Of a stretch of 64,000 bases of DNA, positions 60,823 to 64,000 are shown one piece after another. Each line of letters opens with the position of its first letter. Position 1 is the first letter of the stretch. The notes beneath the pieces were generated by a model. It did no database searches. It had not been told where the DNA came from and was given only the letters and a program-made list of their open reading frames with translations. Source of the DNA: Acidobacteriota bacterium (GTDB lineage: Bacteria; Acidobacteriota; UBA6911; JACQSX01); NCBI GenBank assembly GCA_036507075.1, contig DASXQR010000152.1, positions 91,189 to 155,188 of the forward strand, in the 5' to 3' direction. A program made the position numbers and the translations under genes.

Positions 60823-61653
60823 TTACCGCGCCCCCGCCTTGCGGATATAGATGTTCCCGTTGAAGTTCTTAAACTGGATCTCGGGACCGCCGCCGTTAAT
60901 GGTGCCGGAGATTCCCTTATCGATTCGCACGCGATACCTCCCGCCGCGGGGGCGCGCATCTTCGACTACGGGTTTTGGACTTTCCTGTAATTTGATCTCA
61001 AAGTCACTGTAGATCTCACCCATGTCGGTGCGCATGTTTACACTGGCGCGAATATCGGCGGGAAGCGTCACGTCGATGTTTCCGTTGAGCGAGCTGAACG
61101 ACATGGCCTTGTTCGGTTCCACTTTGAGAAGATTGACTTTTACGGTGCCGTTGAGAGCATGCACCACCGCCGAGCCTGAGACGCCGGCCAGCGTCACAGA
61201 ACCGTTGGTGTTATTTGCTTCGATTTCGCCTTCCACCTGCTCCACGTTGATGTCGCCGTCATTCAGACATTTCAATTTCAGGGAAGTGCGCAAAGGCACC
61301 TGGATGGTCAGATCGACGGTGTGATTCATGAAGCCCGTCCCAACGCTCATCACGTTGTTTTCTTCTTCGACCGTCAGCCCGGAGGAACTGTTAACGATCC
61401 TCCGCATCCCACCGCTGCGCGCCTCCGACCTGGAATCCTCCCGGCCGCGCGGGTGCGCCTCAACCACCACTTCCTTTCCGTTATAGCCTTTGATCTTCAA
61501 TCCTCCGCTCATCAGGCTTACTTTGAGCGTGCCGGAACGCGACGGATCCGAGAATGCCACAGACACCTTGTCTGCACTCTGCGCGCGAGCCGCCTCCGAC
61601 AACGGCAGGCTCAACATTATTAAAGCGACGGTGATTCGACAAAAGAATTTCAT
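60823..61653 (-). CDS. Exported DUF4097 beta-strand repeat protein
   Basis: Repeated NG-x-I/V units; ends GGGPEIQFKNFNGNIYIRK. Confidence 0.85.
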   Translation of the reverse strand: MKFFCRITVALIMLSLPLSEAARAQSADKVSVAFSDPSRSGTLKVSLMSGGLKIKGYNGKEVVVEAHPRGREDSRSEARSGGMRRIVNSSSGLTVEEENNVMSVGTGFMNHTVDLTIQVPLRTSLKLKCLNDGDINVEQVEGEIEANNTNGSVTLAGVSGSAVVHALNGTVKVNLLKVEPNKAMSFSSLNGNIDVTLPADIRASVNMRTDMGEIYSDFEIKLQESPKPVVEDARPRGGRYRVRIDKGISGTINGGGPEIQFKNFNGNIYIRKAGAR

Positions 61654-61667
61654 TCTGTTTCTTCCTT

Positions 61668-62522
61668 TCATTTCTCGCGTTGCAATATGCGGATGGTTCC
61701 GTTGAACCCCTCCAGCTTGATTTCCGGCCCGCCGTTGCCGATGCGGATACTTGAGAAACCATTGTTCCTGTAAACAAACCTTCCGTTGCGCCGCTCTCCG
61801 GCCGGCGTGGCATTTGGCAGATAAGTCACCGGGAAATCTGAGTAGATGGCGCCGTTGAATGTCTTTACCTTCACGTCGGCCGATAGTCCTGGACGGAAGG
61901 AAATCTCGACATTCCCGTTCAGCGACCCGAAATAGCAGGATGAACGGGGATTCTCGCGGAACAGCGTCTTCATCCGGCCATTGAGCGCGTAAGCCCTGCC
62001 GGATCCAGAAACTTCGTTCATTTCAACGCTGCCGTTGATATTATCCACGTCAAAATCACCGCTCACGTTTTCAACTTTGATGTCACCGCCATTGACCGTG
62101 TAAAGCCGCAATCCTGCGTCCTGTGGTACTTTCAGCTCGAAATCGTAGTTCACTTCATAACCGTAGTAGCGCGGACCGCGCGAATGCAGGGAGCCATCCT
62201 GGCATCGGAAAGGGCCATCGACATAAAGACGGAGCACGTTATCCTTTTCTGAAATGTCCAGCTTCACTTCCTTTCGTGCGACTTCGATCTTTTCCTTCGA
62301 GACGGCGCGGATGGTTTGGTTGACCAGCAAATGGACGCTGCGCCCGTTATAGCCGGCGACGTGAATCGATCCGAACACATTGTCCACGTTTACTTCTTTT
62401 GCGGCGGAAGGATTGGAGAATTCAAGCGTCCTCTGAATTGTCTCTTTCTGCTCCACGTCCAGGCTCACTCCCCATGAGTTAAGAGCGAGCATAAACAGGA
62501 TCCCGCTGATCACGCCGGCCAT
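61668..62522 (-). CDS. Exported DUF4097 beta-strand repeat protein
   Basis: Repeated NG-x-V/I units; ends GGPEIKLEGFNGTIRI. Confidence 0.85.
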   Translation of the reverse strand: MAGVISGILFMLALNSWGVSLDVEQKETIQRTLEFSNPSAAKEVNVDNVFGSIHVAGYNGRSVHLLVNQTIRAVSKEKIEVARKEVKLDISEKDNVLRLYVDGPFRCQDGSLHSRGPRYYGYEVNYDFELKVPQDAGLRLYTVNGGDIKVENVSGDFDVDNINGSVEMNEVSGSGRAYALNGRMKTLFRENPRSSCYFGSLNGNVEISFRPGLSADVKVKTFNGAIYSDFPVTYLPNATPAGERRNGRFVYRNNGFSSIRIGNGGPEIKLEGFNGTIRILQREK

Positions 62523-62532
62523 AAAATCCTCC

Positions 62533-63345
62533 TCAACTTAGTTTTTGGATACCCCAGGCGGCGCGCTCGCGCACCACCTTGTTCACTTCACGATCCCGGC
62601 TCAGTCTGCGCAGCACATCCACAGCCTGCTTTTCGCGGGTTTCCACCATCGCATCTATCAGAGCGATCTGGACCAGCGGCGAATCCTGCCGCGGCAGGGT
62701 TTCAATCATGCCCTCGCGCACCGACCGCTGGCTCATGAATTGCCGCAACGCATCCACGGCGGCCAGCCTGACATCCACGTTGGAATCGTGATCGAGCGTG
62801 CGCATCAGCGCCGACAGCACTTCGCCGGTCGGCCGCTCCATGCGGTAACTCCAGTTGACGCCTTTGAGCCTTTCGCTGGCCGACTGCTGCTGCAGCAGCG
62901 AAAGGGTGACCAGTTGCTGCATCTGGTGCACTTCGGCCTGCAATTGCCTCAAATCAGTATTCTGAGGAGTGGCAGTGAACTGCCGCCCGGTCAAAAGTCC
63001 GATCACCAGAAAGCAGAGCGCCAGTGCAAACTGAAGAGCAGGCTGTCGCGGCCACCAGCGCAGCAACATGTCTTTGAACGTCTCTTTCCAGCGCGCGGAA
63101 GCTCCGCTGTGACTCATGCCGGCGGCGTAGGCCTGCAGCATCGCCTCAAACCTTGTGCGCATTATCGGGCTGGGCAGTTCGTCGGGAATCTGTCCCAACC
63201 GGGTCCAGATGGCGCTCAGACTCTCCATTTCCGCCCTGCAGACAGAACAGCCGGAAACGTGGGCCTCCAGCGCTCCCCTGGCGGAGGAATCGAGTTCCTC
63301 TACCCAGTAATCCGCGAATTGCTCTCGTGCTCGCTCGCATTTCAT
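62533..63345 (-). CDS. Zinc-binding anti-sigma factor (zf-HC2) with TM and HEAT repeats
   Basis: HVSGCSVC; TM; DSNVDVRLAAVDAL. Confidence 0.88.
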   Translation of the reverse strand: MKCERAREQFADYWVEELDSSARGALEAHVSGCSVCRAEMESLSAIWTRLGQIPDELPSPIMRTRFEAMLQAYAAGMSHSGASARWKETFKDMLLRWWPRQPALQFALALCFLVIGLLTGRQFTATPQNTDLRQLQAEVHQMQQLVTLSLLQQQSASERLKGVNWSYRMERPTGEVLSALMRTLDHDSNVDVRLAAVDALRQFMSQRSVREGMIETLPRQDSPLVQIALIDAMVETREKQAVDVLRRLSRDREVNKVVRERAAWGIQKLS

Positions 63346-63899
63346 GACGCTTTTTCACCTGCCATTTCAAAGTAGAGTTCGCGCAGGTCGCGCATCGCGC
63401 GAAATACCCGCGTTTTTACCGTGCCGATGTCGCACCCCAGGATTTCGGCGATCTGGCGGTATTTCAGGTCCTGGAAACGGCTCAGCACCAGGACTTCTCT
63501 CTTTTCTTCGGGGAGCTTGAGCAGCGCATCTCGCAGCAGCGCAGCCTGCTGATCCGCTTCCAGTCTCCGGCCGTGCAAGGGGCCTTGATGCAGTGTCTCT
63601 TCCATCTCATCTTCCAGCGTTACTTCACGCCTTCTCTTTCGGAAGTAGTCGATCTGCGCGTTGCGCGCAATGCCGAACATCCAGGTGCTGAACTGGCTGT
63701 TTCCGCGATAGGTGCGCCGGTACTTGAGGATCCGAAAGAATACGTCCTGAACCAGATCCTCGCTGATCTCGCGACTGGCCGTGAGGCGCAGATAAAAATT
63801 GAACAGCCGGCCGTGGTACCGCTCAAAGAGCACTCCCAGCCGGGACAGATCGCCATTCTGCACATCCAGCATCAATTGATGATCTGTCGGTCCGTTCAC
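63342..63899 (-). CDS. ECF RNA polymerase sigma factor
   Basis: SEDLVQDVF, FSTWMFGIARN, LKYRQIAEILGCDIGTVKTRVFRA; GTG start with GGAG RBS. Confidence 0.92.
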   Translation of the reverse strand: MNGPTDHQLMLDVQNGDLSRLGVLFERYHGRLFNFYLRLTASREISEDLVQDVFFRILKYRRTYRGNSQFSTWMFGIARNAQIDYFRKRRREVTLEDEMEETLHQGPLHGRRLEADQQAALLRDALLKLPEEKREVLVLSRFQDLKYRQIAEILGCDIGTVKTRVFRAMRDLRELYFEMAGEKAS

Positions 63900-63938
63900 G
63901 CCTCTCCCGTCCCCGGCTCCCTGCTCTTTCCTCTTAGG

Positions 63939-63966
63939 TAAACTCCGATCCCCCAAAAAGGTTACA
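63939..63966 (-). promoter_or_regulatory. Possible ECF autoregulatory promoter TGTAAC-N16-AGTTTA
   Basis: AAC-type -35 element at the expected place upstream of the ECF gene. Confidence 0.45.
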
Positions 63967-63973
63967 GGAATTT

Positions 63974-63997
63974 AAAATGGGGACAGTCCCCTTTTTT
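63974..63997. repeat. GGGGACAGTCCCC palindrome
   Basis: Same motif as the 3153 array. Confidence 0.8.
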
Positions 63998-64000
63998 AAG

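Overview
GC-rich bacterial chromosomal segment, most likely Acidobacteriota (inferred from Oar-like TonB receptor, TIGR02999-type ECF/kinase pair, DUF4097 operon). Housekeeping content: gltBD, tRNA-Met, hemBL, carD, queF, nanE plus a sugar kinase, aroF, tRNA-Leu, lgt, fieF. Accessory content: two toxin-antitoxin-like pairs, an integrase-less ~8.8 kb island at tRNA-Leu(CAA), an IS4 element with a 9-bp target duplication, an arsS cluster, an apparently exported sugar-acid catabolic cluster, a heme-motif barrel followed by two Reeler/BACON surface proteins, and an ECF/anti-sigma operon. Most notable observations: (1) at 1.3-5.2 kb, two synonymously diverged versions of the same gene A-gene B interval lie in tandem, each with different TA cargo, fused at a GGGGACAGTCCCC palindrome array; (2) an in-frame UGA selenoprotein (UxxC plus SECIS-like hairpin) that the ORF track splits in two; (3) a shared ~220-aa C-terminal domain on unrelated surface proteins; (4) a dense set of nested REP-like, heptamer and octamer inverted repeats that fill intergenic gaps, enter gltB, hemB and lgt in frame, and were targeted by the IS. 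All calls are from reading the sequence by eye; no searches were run.
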